Source of the DNA: Longimicrobiales bacterium | Lineage (GTDB): Bacteria; Gemmatimonadota; Gemmatimonadetes; Longimicrobiales; Gaopeijiaceae | Reading direction: 5' to 3' | NCBI GenBank assembly: GCA_965226375.1 | Contig: CBDDCX010000008.1 | Coordinates: 1,120,001-1,184,000 of the forward strand | Length of the DNA: 64,000 nt | In this document: positions 41,973-51,850 of the stretch, one piece after another | Position numbering within the stretch: position 1 is the first letter of the stretch | How the letters are laid out: each line of letters starts with the position of its first letter | The notes under the pieces: model-generated | Told to the model about the DNA's origin: nothing | Databases searched by the model: none | The model's input: only the letters and a program-made list of their open reading frames with translations | Made by a program: the position numbers and the translations under genes

Positions 41973-43871
41973 ATGCGTAGATCAGCTCTCCTTCTGTTCG
42001 TTCTGTCTCTCACACTTCTCGCTGCGTGCGGCGGTGGAGGGGGAGACAACATCCCGACGGCACCACCCGCGACACCACCGCCGCCGCCGCCGCCGCCGCC
42101 GCCAACCCCACCGCCACCTCCGCCCGTGGCGGAGGTACTCTGTCCGCCGGGTGGTGAACTCGGCTTAGCGGTGGGTGAGCAAGTGATCTTTCGGAATCAA
42201 TCCACGTATTGCTTCAATTTCGCTTCTTCCGGCTCCGTCACCGAATACCTCGTGGGAGTGCAGTCGGTGGGCGAGGCCGGGATCGCGATCAGAAACATCA
42301 CAGTCAGGGGTGAGCGTGTTACCACGACGGCCCTTCAGGCGTCGGTACAGGAAACCCCTCCCATCCGGCCCGATGTCGGTGGGGCCCCGCGCTTCTCTCC
42401 TGCGCTCTCGGGCAATCCCGGCTTCAAGCTCTTGCGGGATCATCGGAGCGCCCACAATGCAATGCTCGCCCGGATGATCGGACCCTTACGTGAACCCGGT
42501 GCTCGCCAGCCTCTAATCGACCGTGCAGCACAGGGGGCCCCGGCTCAAATGCTCGGCGTCGTCACGGGCAATGAAGAGATCGGTGATCAGGTCGAATTGC
42601 GAGTCCGGGACCTCAACTCCATCGACTGCGAGGCACCCGCGACCGAATTGGTCATGGCCGAGCTCAGGATCGTGAATGAGCAATCCATGTGGTTCGTCGA
42701 CATCGAGAATCCGACCGGCGGCTTCACGGACGAACAATTGCAGGAAATGGCCGACATCTTTGACGAACATATCTACGCAACGGAGACCGAGTACCTCGGT
42801 GTGAGCAACGACCTAGACGGCAATGCACGCATCGTGATCGTCGTGACGCAGCAACTAAACATCGGCAGCGGTGACCTGGGGTTGGTGCTCGGGTTCGTAA
42901 ACCCCTGTGATTTTTTCACCAGAGGAGAGGACGTCGGAGGTCAGACCATCCACTCCACCAACGAAGGGGAGTTCTTCTATGCGCTGGCGCCTGATCCCGA
43001 GGCGTCCGTCGGGGAGACGGTCGACACAGAGGCGTTGCTGGGCCTGCTCCCGTTGATCATATCCCATGAATTCGCTCACATCATCCAGAACAGCCACCGC
43101 TTCACTCAGGACGGGGCGTTGATGGCGGCGTTCATGGCCGAGGGTCAAGCGACGCTCGCCGAGGAGGTGGTGGGGCACTCCATACTCGGGAACGCTACTG
43201 GCCAGAACCTTAATGCGGCTGAAGCTCTCGACTACGATAACATCCCCTTTCCCTTCTGGTATGCGAACCCGTGGACGGATCTCGTCAACTACTTTGGCTG
43301 GCCCGGCGTACCGGACTTCAACGAAAATACCCCCCGAATTGAAGGAGCACCGCAGGAGTGTACCTGGACGGACGCCGGCGAAGATGATCCGTGTATAAGT
43401 CGCCCGCTATGGTACGGTGTCACATGGTCATTGCTCCGCTGGGCAGCGGACCAATTTGGCGAGGACTTCGGGGGCGAGCCCGCACTACATCAGGCTATCA
43501 TCCGCAACAACATCGCCGGATTCGACAACCTCCGAGAAGTTTTGGCCCCATATGGCCTCCTGGAGGATCTTCTGGCCCAATGGGCAGCCGCATTCTACAT
43601 GGACGATCGTCCGGGACAGTCGGACCCGAGACATAGCGTATCGAGCTGGGACTATTTCAGCGCCGATACCCGCTTGTTTGAGCAAGCCTGGCTCGAACCT
43701 ATTACGAAGTCCTACAGCGACTTCACGGAGAACGTGAGAGTCCGGGATCCATCCACTGCCTTCTTCCTGGTCGGGGGGGGGATCGCCCCCCAATATTCAA
43801 TCAAGGTGGAAGGAGCCGGCGGCGGCAGCCTGGGGTCGGACATTCAGGTATGGATCGTGCGAACGAAGTAG
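41973..43871 (+). CDS. Lipoprotein with polyproline linker and HExxH zinc metallopeptidase-like domain
   Basis: Lipobox LAAC, long Pro run, DLDGNARI, SHEFAHII..EGQATLAEE. Confidence 0.75.
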   Translation: MRRSALLLFVLSLTLLAACGGGGGDNIPTAPPATPPPPPPPPPPTPPPPPPVAEVLCPPGGELGLAVGEQVIFRNQSTYCFNFASSGSVTEYLVGVQSVGEAGIAIRNITVRGERVTTTALQASVQETPPIRPDVGGAPRFSPALSGNPGFKLLRDHRSAHNAMLARMIGPLREPGARQPLIDRAAQGAPAQMLGVVTGNEEIGDQVELRVRDLNSIDCEAPATELVMAELRIVNEQSMWFVDIENPTGGFTDEQLQEMADIFDEHIYATETEYLGVSNDLDGNARIVIVVTQQLNIGSGDLGLVLGFVNPCDFFTRGEDVGGQTIHSTNEGEFFYALAPDPEASVGETVDTEALLGLLPLIISHEFAHIIQNSHRFTQDGALMAAFMAEGQATLAEEVVGHSILGNATGQNLNAAEALDYDNIPFPFWYANPWTDLVNYFGWPGVPDFNENTPRIEGAPQECTWTDAGEDDPCISRPLWYGVTWSLLRWAADQFGEDFGGEPALHQAIIRNNIAGFDNLREVLAPYGLLEDLLAQWAAAFYMDDRPGQSDPRHSVSSWDYFSADTRLFEQAWLEPITKSYSDFTENVRVRDPSTAFFLVGGGIAPQYSIKVEGAGGGSLGSDIQVWIVRTK

Positions 43872-43892
43872 CGTGCGCGGAGGCGCCGAGGG

Positions 43893-44864
43893 TCAGCCGC
43901 GAGCTTCGGTCGCCTCGCGTATGCACTCCGCTGAAACGTTCCCGCCGCTGACCACGACGGCTACGGGGGCTCCTGCGTGCTGAGGAGTCCACGCGCCGGT
44001 GAGCGCGGCTGCGAGTGTCACGGCTCCTCCGCCCTCTACGACCAGGTGTAATTCGCGCGCGGCGTAGCCCATGGCCTGGGCGATGGCCTCTTCCGGTACC
44101 GTCACGTGATGATCGACGTAATCCCGGACGATGGCGAAGCTGTATCGATTCTCGAGTCCGATCCCGCCGGATAGGGCGCTTGCCAGAGTCGTCTCTTCTT
44201 CCATCTCGATGGGATGGCCCGCCTCGAGGCTTCTCAGCATCACGGCCGCCTGTTCCGCGGACACGGCGGTGATGACGACGTCGGGACGGGCCTGCTTGAT
44301 CGCGTAAGCGATGCCACCTGCCAGGCCACCCCCCGACAGAGCCACGAGCACCTCCGACACGTCGGGAAGCTCTTCGAGGATCTCCCACCCCACGGTCCCC
44401 TGTCCCGCGATCACCCAGGGATCGTCGAAGGGATGCACAAAGGTGAGTCCCCGCTCACTCTCGAGTTCCCAGGCCCTCGCGTCGGCTTCGTCGTAGGTCT
44501 CGCCCGCGAGCAGGACTTCCGCGCCCGCAGCCTCCATGGCACGGTGCTTTACCGGATCCACCCAGTCCGGAACACAGATGGTGGCCGGAATGGCCATCAC
44601 GCCCGCCACGTGGGCCACCGCTCGGCCGTGATTTCCGCTGGAGCACGTGACCACACCCTTGGTCCGTTCCTCTTCGGTCAGCGCCATCATGCGATTCGCG
44701 GCCCCGCGGATCTTGAACGAGCCCGTGACTTGAAGGCTCTCCAGCTTCAGGTATATGTCCGATCCCACACGTTCCGACAGATCCGAACCCCACAGAAGAG
44801 GGGTCCGAACCACGAAGCCGCGCACTGCATTGCTGGCAGCGTTCAGGTCCAGTTCCTTATTCAT
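43893..44864 (-). CDS. PLP-dependent threonine/serine dehydratase family protein
   Basis: KLESLQVTGSFKIRGA, SSGNHG, HPFDD..AGQGT, SGGGL, SGGNV. Confidence 0.9.
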   Translation of the reverse strand: MNKELDLNAASNAVRGFVVRTPLLWGSDLSERVGSDIYLKLESLQVTGSFKIRGAANRMMALTEEERTKGVVTCSSGNHGRAVAHVAGVMAIPATICVPDWVDPVKHRAMEAAGAEVLLAGETYDEADARAWELESERGLTFVHPFDDPWVIAGQGTVGWEILEELPDVSEVLVALSGGGLAGGIAYAIKQARPDVVITAVSAEQAAVMLRSLEAGHPIEMEEETTLASALSGGIGLENRYSFAIVRDYVDHHVTVPEEAIAQAMGYAARELHLVVEGGGAVTLAAALTGAWTPQHAGAPVAVVVSGGNVSAECIREATEARG

Positions 44865-44868
44865 GGGG

Positions 44869-45546
44869 CTAGTGTAGCGTCACAGGTCGGCGCCCGAAGT
44901 TCGCCCCGCCCGCTCCCTGGTATAGGTAGCGAATCGTGACACAGCCGGCGGTCGCCCCCGGGCAGTAGTAGCTCAGAATCTCGAATATTCCGTGGTGCCC
45001 GTCCGCCGTCCGGACCGCGAACACCTTGGGCTTGGGCTTTAGAATGTGGCTCGTCCAACTGTAGGTGTACCACCGGGCGACGGCCGGGTTGGCCGTTTCC
45101 GCATTCGCCTCATTGGTCGCGTAGCCGTCCGTAGGCACTCGGGTAACGGAATCCAGAGAGATCTCGCCGAGGTCCAGGATACCGCCCTGCCCGCTCAGGC
45201 CCGGACCCCCGTTGGCCAAGATGGTGAATCGTCGAAACGCCAGATCCCATCCGAGAGGATCTGGATCCCCCTCGACCACGGAGCCCGTAGAGAAGTCGAA
45301 GTAGGTGAGTTCATTACGCCTGCCGTCCACCGTGTAGACGACCGGCCCGATAAGACTGTCTCCGACCTCTTCCGGAGCGACGGCCGAGACCGTGTACCAT
45401 TCGAGGTCGGGGCTCTGAAGGCTCTCCATCACGAACCAGACGGCGGCAATGAGCAGTCCACAGACGACGACCAGAGCCACCCACGGTATCCCGGGCAGCT
45501 TGCGTGGTGTTTCGTCCTGTGATGATAGGGGCGTCTGGACTGACAT
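44869..45546 (-). CDS. HmuY family protein, membrane anchored
   Basis: YFDFSTG, WDLAFRR..ILANGG, WYTY, VRTADG..ILSYY. Confidence 0.75.
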   Translation of the reverse strand: MSVQTPLSSQDETPRKLPGIPWVALVVVCGLLIAAVWFVMESLQSPDLEWYTVSAVAPEEVGDSLIGPVVYTVDGRRNELTYFDFSTGSVVEGDPDPLGWDLAFRRFTILANGGPGLSGQGGILDLGEISLDSVTRVPTDGYATNEANAETANPAVARWYTYSWTSHILKPKPKVFAVRTADGHHGIFEILSYYCPGATAGCVTIRYLYQGAGGANFGRRPVTLH

Positions 45547-45706
45547 GGCTCATTCGAAGAAGTGGGCCTCAAGTCTATGCGAAGCCACCCAGTCCCTTCA
45601 AGGCGTCTCGGTTGAGCAAAAACATGTTGCCCGTTCTGTTGACCGTTAGCATGTTTGATATAGCATTGACATTCGCCCCCCAAAGCCGGAGTATTTACAA
45701 CGTAAC

Positions 45707-46219
45707 ATGTTGCATCCTCGCATAAAGCAGTGGGAAGACGCTGCCACACTCCCGGTAGTTGATGTCCCATTCGTATGGCGTGGTCGCAGACCGCCTCACT
45801 CCGACCCATCCCCAGAGACCACAAGGGACGACCTCAAACGCTCGCAGCGTGATCGTCTCCGCAAACGGACCGCCGCCGTCCATGGCCTTCGCTTATCCCT
45901 GCTCCTCGGCCTGCTGGTCGGCTGGGTCTATGCGGAGGTGAACGCGCTCGGCTCCGGCACGGCTCTCGGGCCCACCCTCAAGCAGAAAATCCGAAAATCG
46001 CTCGGCACCCGTGGGGCCCCACCTGGACAGGACAACGCACTGAGCATGAAGGTGTGTGATCCTCAGCTCATGGCCATCCTTCCCACCCTCAGCGCTCAGA
46101 TCGCCAAATCACCTGAGTTCGTCGAGGTCGCCAAGCTGTTCAAAGGGGGCAAGGACGACGTGAGCACCATGTCGCTGCTCAAGACGCTGATGTCGAGTGG
46201 GGCGAAGCGAGGGCCCTGA
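45707..46219 (+). CDS. Hypothetical ORF, possibly a gene remnant
   Basis: Longest ORF in the gap; 3' half has coding-like codon usage; no recognisable motif. Confidence 0.3.
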   Translation: MLHPRIKQWEDAATLPVVDVPFVWRGRRPPHSDPSPETTRDDLKRSQRDRLRKRTAAVHGLRLSLLLGLLVGWVYAEVNALGSGTALGPTLKQKIRKSLGTRGAPPGQDNALSMKVCDPQLMAILPTLSAQIAKSPEFVEVAKLFKGGKDDVSTMSLLKTLMSSGAKRGP

Positions 46220-46222
46220 CCT

Positions 46223-46987
46223 TCAGGCTCTAGCTCTACCCGGAACATCGCCTAGCAGGGCCACGATGTCCTCCACCGCTTTCAGTTCGGGACGATCCTG
46301 AAATAGGCACGCCAGGACACCCGTAGTGTTGGCCGCCGCGAAGCTCACTCCCTTCAGGTTTCGCTCCGGGGAGACGCCGGGGATGGGTCGAGGGAAGCCC
46401 GAGGCGACGAAGACGGGTTCGTGCCCCTCGAGGCAAATCACTCCCAGTTGATCTCTCGGGCACTCCCAGTCCAGGACGACTCCTCCGGCGCCCTCCAGGC
46501 TGCCCGGTAACCAAGCCCGTCCCTCGTGCGCCTTGGGCGACACGATGAGCGCGCCTGCACTCCGAACTCGATCCACAGCCGCCCACAGGGTCAGCTCGTG
46601 CTCAGGCCGGGCCGTGCCCAGGCTCAAATTGATGAGGCGAGCGCCCCGTGTGATCGCCTCGTCGATGGCCTGCACCAAGACGCCGGTGGAAGTCGACAGC
46701 GTACGTCCGAAGACCTTGATCACGTAGATGTCCGCCTCGGGAGCCTTCTCCTTGATCGCCGCCGTCACCGCCGTACCGTGCCCGAGTCGATCCACGTAGT
46801 CGTCATGGCGGCTCCCGTCTTCTTCGATCGCGATCCCGCCGATCACCCCCTCCACGTGCGGATGGTCGGCGTGCACTCCGCTGTCGATCACCGCGACGAG
46901 GACGCCTCGGCCGGTACGCCCCTGCAAACCAGGATGTTCCGGCGAAATCCACGTACCGGCCCCGGTACGTGCGGAGGAGTCGCTCAC
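46223..46987 (-). CDS. qhpE: Subtilisin-like (S8) leader peptidase for QhpC
   Basis: VAVIDSGV, GHGTAV, GVSFAAA; no signal peptide; last gene of the qhp cluster. Confidence 0.8.
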   Translation of the reverse strand: MSDSSARTGAGTWISPEHPGLQGRTGRGVLVAVIDSGVHADHPHVEGVIGGIAIEEDGSRHDDYVDRLGHGTAVTAAIKEKAPEADIYVIKVFGRTLSTSTGVLVQAIDEAITRGARLINLSLGTARPEHELTLWAAVDRVRSAGALIVSPKAHEGRAWLPGSLEGAGGVVLDWECPRDQLGVICLEGHEPVFVASGFPRPIPGVSPERNLKGVSFAAANTTGVLACLFQDRPELKAVEDIVALLGDVPGRARA

Positions 46988-47003
46988 GCCCGAATTCCGC
47001 CGA

Positions 47004-48746
47004 TCACAAGGCACTCCCCTGTGTATCGTCTCCAAAAAGGGCCCTGAACGGCCCCTCCCGGTCTGCCAACGTCTGTGGCGTGCCCTCGGCAACTATCCTC
47101 GCGCCGTCGATCACGAGCACACGGTCGGCTCGTCGAGCCAGCTCCAGCCGGTGCGTGATCAGCACGGTCGTACGATGCCGCATGACCGCCTCATATCCCT
47201 GGATGACCTGCGCCTGCGCCACCGGATCGAGAGCGGCCGTCGCTTCGTCCAGGACCAGCACCGCGGGATCGGCCACGAGCGCCCGGGCCACGGCGATGCG
47301 CTGACGCTCCCCGGCCGAGATGGCCAACCCACGGTCCCCGACCGTCGTCTCGAGCCTCTCCGGAAGCCGGGCGATGAACTCCGACAATCCGGCAGCGTCC
47401 GCGGCAGCGGCGATGTCGTCACTCGATGCGTCAGGCCGTGCGTACCCGATGTTTTCTGCGATCGAAGTGTTGAACACGAAGGGCTGCTGATCCACCGTGA
47501 CCACGCACCCTCGGATGTCAGCGAGTGACAGGTCCCGGAGGTCGTGCCCATCCAGCAGGATCCGACCCGAATCCGGGTCGAGGTGACGAGCCAAAAGGTC
47601 CGAAACGGTGGACTTGCCACCTCCACTCGGTCCCACGATCGCGAGAATCTCACCCTGGCCGACCTGAAAGGAGATGTCCTCCAAGACCGGACCGCCTCGG
47701 TCGAAGGAAAAGGTCACTCCCTCGAACACCACATCGCCCTTGACCTGGTCCAGTGCGACCGGTGCTTCCGACTCCACGACCTCGGGCTCTACGTCGAGTA
47801 TCTCGTGCACGCGACGCAGAGACACCTTGGCCGTGGCGAAGTTGGTCCACAGCCCCATGAGGCCTTGCACGGGGGAGAGCAGCCTCATCTGGTAGGCCAT
47901 GAACGCCACGAACGTGCCCAGGGAGATCGCCCCTCCGATCACCCGTGATCCTCCGTAGAGGAAGACGACCGCCGTGCCGGCGGAAAGGATGAGGCCGGGC
48001 AGTCCACCCGCCAGGTAGGTCAACCAGCGCATGGCCATGAGGGAGTCCACGAACGAGTCGTTCTTTCCGCTGAAGCGGGACACCTCGCGGCCCTGCGCGT
48101 TCGAGGCCACCACCAGCTTCATTCCCTGAAGCGTCTCGATGAGAAACGTGCCGATGTCAGCGCTTCTCTGCCGAAGATCGGCCACCTTGACCTCGAGCTT
48201 GCGGCGAAAGCGTACCAGGGCCCACAGGCTGGGCGGCATCATGATCAGGCTCACCAAGAACAGCCGCGCGTCGAGCCAGATCAACATGGCCACCGTGCCG
48301 ACCAGGAAGATCACGTTCCCCAACCAGGCGAGCGCCGTCTCCGCTGCCACTCGTTGGATCTCGCTGATGTCGCTGTTGATCCGTGATACGATCTCGCCGA
48401 GAGTGGTCCCGGCGTAGAAACGCGGAGATAACCTCTGAAGGTGCCGGTAGAGCTCGAGCCGCATGTCGAACAGGATGTCGGCCGAGACCCGGGTATAACG
48501 CAGACCGCTGGCCACGTTCATGACGAAGGAAACGACGGTGATGCCGACGAAAAGTCCGGTGATCCGCACCAGAGCGCTCATATCCCGTCCCAGCAACGCG
48601 GAATCGACGAGCAGCTTCGACAAGTATGGGATGAACAGCGAGAGGACGGTCCCCGTGAGACTCAGCACCAACACGAGGACGAGGCGTCGCCAGTAGGGAG
48701 CGACGTACGAAAGGACGCGCCTCAGGTCGGAACGATCCTGTTCCAT
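47004..48746 (-). CDS. qhpF: ABC exporter (TM + ATPase), QhpF-like
   Basis: ABC membrane domain, GPSGGGKS, ISAGERQR, LVLDEAT; within the qhp cluster. Confidence 0.8.
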   Translation of the reverse strand: MEQDRSDLRRVLSYVAPYWRRLVLVLVLSLTGTVLSLFIPYLSKLLVDSALLGRDMSALVRITGLFVGITVVSFVMNVASGLRYTRVSADILFDMRLELYRHLQRLSPRFYAGTTLGEIVSRINSDISEIQRVAAETALAWLGNVIFLVGTVAMLIWLDARLFLVSLIMMPPSLWALVRFRRKLEVKVADLRQRSADIGTFLIETLQGMKLVVASNAQGREVSRFSGKNDSFVDSLMAMRWLTYLAGGLPGLILSAGTAVVFLYGGSRVIGGAISLGTFVAFMAYQMRLLSPVQGLMGLWTNFATAKVSLRRVHEILDVEPEVVESEAPVALDQVKGDVVFEGVTFSFDRGGPVLEDISFQVGQGEILAIVGPSGGGKSTVSDLLARHLDPDSGRILLDGHDLRDLSLADIRGCVVTVDQQPFVFNTSIAENIGYARPDASSDDIAAAADAAGLSEFIARLPERLETTVGDRGLAISAGERQRIAVARALVADPAVLVLDEATAALDPVAQAQVIQGYEAVMRHRTTVLITHRLELARRADRVLVIDGARIVAEGTPQTLADREGPFRALFGDDTQGSAL

Positions 48747-48750
48747 CTTG

Positions 48751-48794
48751 GGGTCCCGGATCAGAACCTCCTTCGGGTCCCCGATCAGAACCTC
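48751..48794 (+). repeat. Two 20-bp direct repeats, 24-bp period
   Basis: GGGTCCCGGATCAGAACCTC (48751-48770) and GGGTCCCCGATCAGAACCTC (48775-48794). Confidence 0.8.
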
Positions 48795-48824
48795 GTCGGC
48801 TGAAGGCTGCCCGAGGAGGCCCTG

Positions 48825-49958
48825 CTACTGACCGTCGGTCCCGGGAAGGAAGACGAAGCCCCTCATGTCTCCACCGACATCCACGGTCTTCAACAGCTCG
48901 TAGGTCTCGGAGTCGTAGACGTCAATCGTGTTCCCCGCCACATGGATGTACAGGTACTTGCCGTTCGAGCTCACCGCGAGGCCCATGCGGGAACGCCCGG
49001 CGAACGGCTCTCTGTGCGTCACCCTGCCCTCTTCGAGATCGATGGCCCAGAACTCGTAGTGGCCGACTTCATTATAGAGGGCCCACGCCTTCTTGCCTCC
49101 CGGAGCCATCGCGAATCGATTGACGGGCTGGTTCGGCCCCAGGGTGTAGAAATCCATCTCCCGCTCTGCCAAGTTGACCCGAGCGATGCCCATCATCCGT
49201 CGATTATTGATGGGGTCCGTCATCCGCACCAGCCCCGTGAAGAACCCCGGCTCCTCGTAGTAACTGGATCCGAAGCTTGGCCTCACCATGCCCCGTCCCG
49301 GCTCGGCTTCCTCGGAAATCGCCCAGCGGTCCACCTCGGTGAAGTTCTCCGTCTCGAGCACGATCATGTCCTCGGCCATGAAGTAGGCGAGGCTTCCGTC
49401 CGGGGAGAACCTGAAGGTCGCCCGAGTGCGCTCGTAATCGCCGGGCCAGGGAATGGTGTCCATCACCTCGTGATTCTTCAGGTCGTACCGGATGATGACA
49501 TTCGAATGTATTTCGTATCGATCTGCCTGTCTGATCCGGCTCGACCCGATGATCAGGGCATAGGTCTCTTGGGGGTTTACAGCAAAGCCCCCACGGATTC
49601 GGAAGCGCCGGTTCCCGTCATTCAACGTGAACTGGTCGATGGACTTCCGGGTGGCCAGATCGATGACCTCTACATGCTCGTATGTGGCATCTGTTACGTA
49701 GATGCGTTCACGATTGTCAGACACGACCAGCCGGCCGACAATACCGTTTTGTGTGGGGATCGTATCGATCAGCGAGAGCGTCTCCTCATCGACCACGTGG
49801 ATCCGGTCGGCGTAGGTGCCGGTGTAGAAGATGCCACTCCCACCCGAGATGTTCTCACTCGTCTGGCCTATCAGAGGAGCCGACGCTGGCCCTACCATCG
49901 CGAGGAGAAGAACGGCGAGGCAGCCCACCACGTTCGTAATGTCAGACCATCTGATCAT
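48825..49958 (-). CDS. qhpB: Quinohemoprotein amine dehydrogenase beta subunit-like beta-propeller
   Basis: Signal peptide, YVTN-like blades, position after qhpC; call rests largely on context. Confidence 0.75.
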   Translation of the reverse strand: MIRWSDITNVVGCLAVLLLAMVGPASAPLIGQTSENISGGSGIFYTGTYADRIHVVDEETLSLIDTIPTQNGIVGRLVVSDNRERIYVTDATYEHVEVIDLATRKSIDQFTLNDGNRRFRIRGGFAVNPQETYALIIGSSRIRQADRYEIHSNVIIRYDLKNHEVMDTIPWPGDYERTRATFRFSPDGSLAYFMAEDMIVLETENFTEVDRWAISEEAEPGRGMVRPSFGSSYYEEPGFFTGLVRMTDPINNRRMMGIARVNLAEREMDFYTLGPNQPVNRFAMAPGGKKAWALYNEVGHYEFWAIDLEEGRVTHREPFAGRSRMGLAVSSNGKYLYIHVAGNTIDVYDSETYELLKTVDVGGDMRGFVFLPGTDGQ

Positions 49959-50034
49959 GCTTGATTCCTCTTCGTTCGATGCAGCCCACGACCCTACCCG
50001 CTGATACTGAATTTTACCCGTTGCCGCTCGTGTC

Positions 50035-50394
50035 CTACGGGAAGATCAGGTCGAGCTTACGCCAATCCTGCTGCGCAGTAGCACACTTGGACGTCCAATC
50101 CGGCGCGTGATTGAGGTGGTCCGGCACCTGGACCGGCCAGAAGCAGCCGTTGTAGCAGTCGAATAGATCACGCTCGACCGGCTGACAGAGTCCGGCGGTA
50201 CCACCGCTCGAATCCACCTCCCAACCCGGAGCGAAGACGAGCGAGCACCCCAGCGGAATGTGCGGCCCGGGCTGTCCGCTCTCGAGGGCGACCACGTCGT
50301 GATCGCCATTGGCGCTTGAAGCCGCTTCACGCTCCTGGTGCGCGTGGTGCTCGATGCGAACCGCCTTCTGGTTGATAGCCCTGATGTGCTTCAT
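50035..50394 (-). CDS. qhpC: Quinohemoprotein amine dehydrogenase gamma subunit precursor (CTQ peptide)
   Basis: Leader MKHIRAINQKA; core GCSLVFAPGWEVD..LCQPVERDLFDCYNGCFWPVQVPD..DWRKL. Confidence 0.93.
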   Translation of the reverse strand: MKHIRAINQKAVRIEHHAHQEREAASSANGDHDVVALESGQPGPHIPLGCSLVFAPGWEVDSSGGTAGLCQPVERDLFDCYNGCFWPVQVPDHLNHAPDWTSKCATAQQDWRKLDLIFP

Positions 50395-50404
50395 TCTCTC
50401 CCCC

Positions 50405-51850
50405 TCAGGCGGGCACTGAAGCAGCTGTGTCGTACTGCTTCAAGAAGTCCGGATTGTGGGTCGCGATCTCGCCGTAGACCCTCAAGCATGTATCGGTCCA
50501 ACTACGCACCCAATCGCAGTAGTGGAGATTCGGCGTTGCCGTGGTGCCGTACCGTGTGTTGGCCTCATGGTAACACCCTCCAGCGCACAAGGGACGGGCC
50601 CAACATGTGTGGCAATCCGTCTTGTGAGCAATGTGATGCGTCTCCAGGAATCGACGTTGTACTTCGCGATCCAGGCCGTCCTGTACCGTACCGATCTTGT
50701 GGTCGTCCGAGCCGGCGAAACGATGGCACAGCGCCACGTCGCCGTCTGTAGCCACTCCCACCAAGCCCAGGCCTGCACCACACGGAAACGCCTTGCTCAT
50801 GCCCTTGTGAATTTCGGCCAGGGTCTCGTTCAGATTGGAGAATCCATGGTGGCGATTCTCCAGAGCGGCCTCCTTGAACTCCTCGGCCAGTTCGTCGAAC
50901 TGCCCCAACATGTCGTAGTACTGGTCCCCCTCGATGGCATAGTCTCGCCCATCCGCGGTCGTCACCGGTGCGAAACCCACCGACCAGAATCCCATCTCGT
51001 CCGTGAGGTGCCGAAAAATCTTCATGACGTTCAGGTTCTGCTTGGTCAGCGTCACCCTCGCACCGATCGGACGTGTGTTGTGGCGCTTCAGCAGCTCTTT
51101 GATTTTGGGCAACACCAACTCGTAGCTGCCCATCCCGTTGCTGAAGACGCGAAACTGGTCCTGAGACTCCTTGGGCCCGTCGATGGAGATGGTCACACCC
51201 ACTTCGTTGTCCACTAGCCACTCGATGACCTCGGGGCGCAGCAGGGTGGCGTTGGTCGTCAGGCTGAACTGCACCCCCTTCCCCAGAACGGCCGCCCTCT
51301 CATTGGCGTAGGCCAGGGTCTTCTTCAAGACCTTGAAGTTGAGGAGCGTCTCCCCACCGAAAAACGTCAGATTGGCCACATCGTTGTCGCCCGACTCCTT
51401 GAACATGAAGTCGACCGACTCACGCGCCGTCTCTTCCGTCATGAACTTCGGTTTCTTCCCGTTCTCCGTGTCGACAATCTTGTCCTCGCCGTACTCGTAG
51501 CAGTACGTGCACGCCAGGTTACACTTGTTGGTGACGTTGAGGACCATGGTGGTCAGCGGAAAATTGTCCGGCGGAATCACCGGTAGAGACTTCGTAGGAG
51601 GCAGGCGCACGTCGCCGATCGCCCGAATATCCTGGAGCTCTTCGACCGCGTTGGCCACCTCGCCCGCCCCAAAACGATCCGTGAGCGACTCGGTCAGCTC
51701 TTCCACGGACATTGGACCCTCATCCAGGGCCCTCAGCACCTCCCAGGACGGCTCGTCGACATGGAAGACGCCGGCACTGGGCACCATATACAGGAAGTGC
51801 TCCCCGGCCGCCTCAAAAGGATGAAACTCACGTAAGCCCAAAGCGTTCAT
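50405..51850 (-). CDS. qhpD: Radical SAM/SPASM thioether-forming maturase
   Basis: CNLACTYC, FFGGE, PCGAG..CHRF, CHTCWARPLCAGGCYHE..HYCDW; ATGA overlap with qhpA. Confidence 0.92.
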   Translation of the reverse strand: MNALGLREFHPFEAAGEHFLYMVPSAGVFHVDEPSWEVLRALDEGPMSVEELTESLTDRFGAGEVANAVEELQDIRAIGDVRLPPTKSLPVIPPDNFPLTTMVLNVTNKCNLACTYCYEYGEDKIVDTENGKKPKFMTEETARESVDFMFKESGDNDVANLTFFGGETLLNFKVLKKTLAYANERAAVLGKGVQFSLTTNATLLRPEVIEWLVDNEVGVTISIDGPKESQDQFRVFSNGMGSYELVLPKIKELLKRHNTRPIGARVTLTKQNLNVMKIFRHLTDEMGFWSVGFAPVTTADGRDYAIEGDQYYDMLGQFDELAEEFKEAALENRHHGFSNLNETLAEIHKGMSKAFPCGAGLGLVGVATDGDVALCHRFAGSDDHKIGTVQDGLDREVQRRFLETHHIAHKTDCHTCWARPLCAGGCYHEANTRYGTTATPNLHYCDWVRSWTDTCLRVYGEIATHNPDFLKQYDTAASVPA

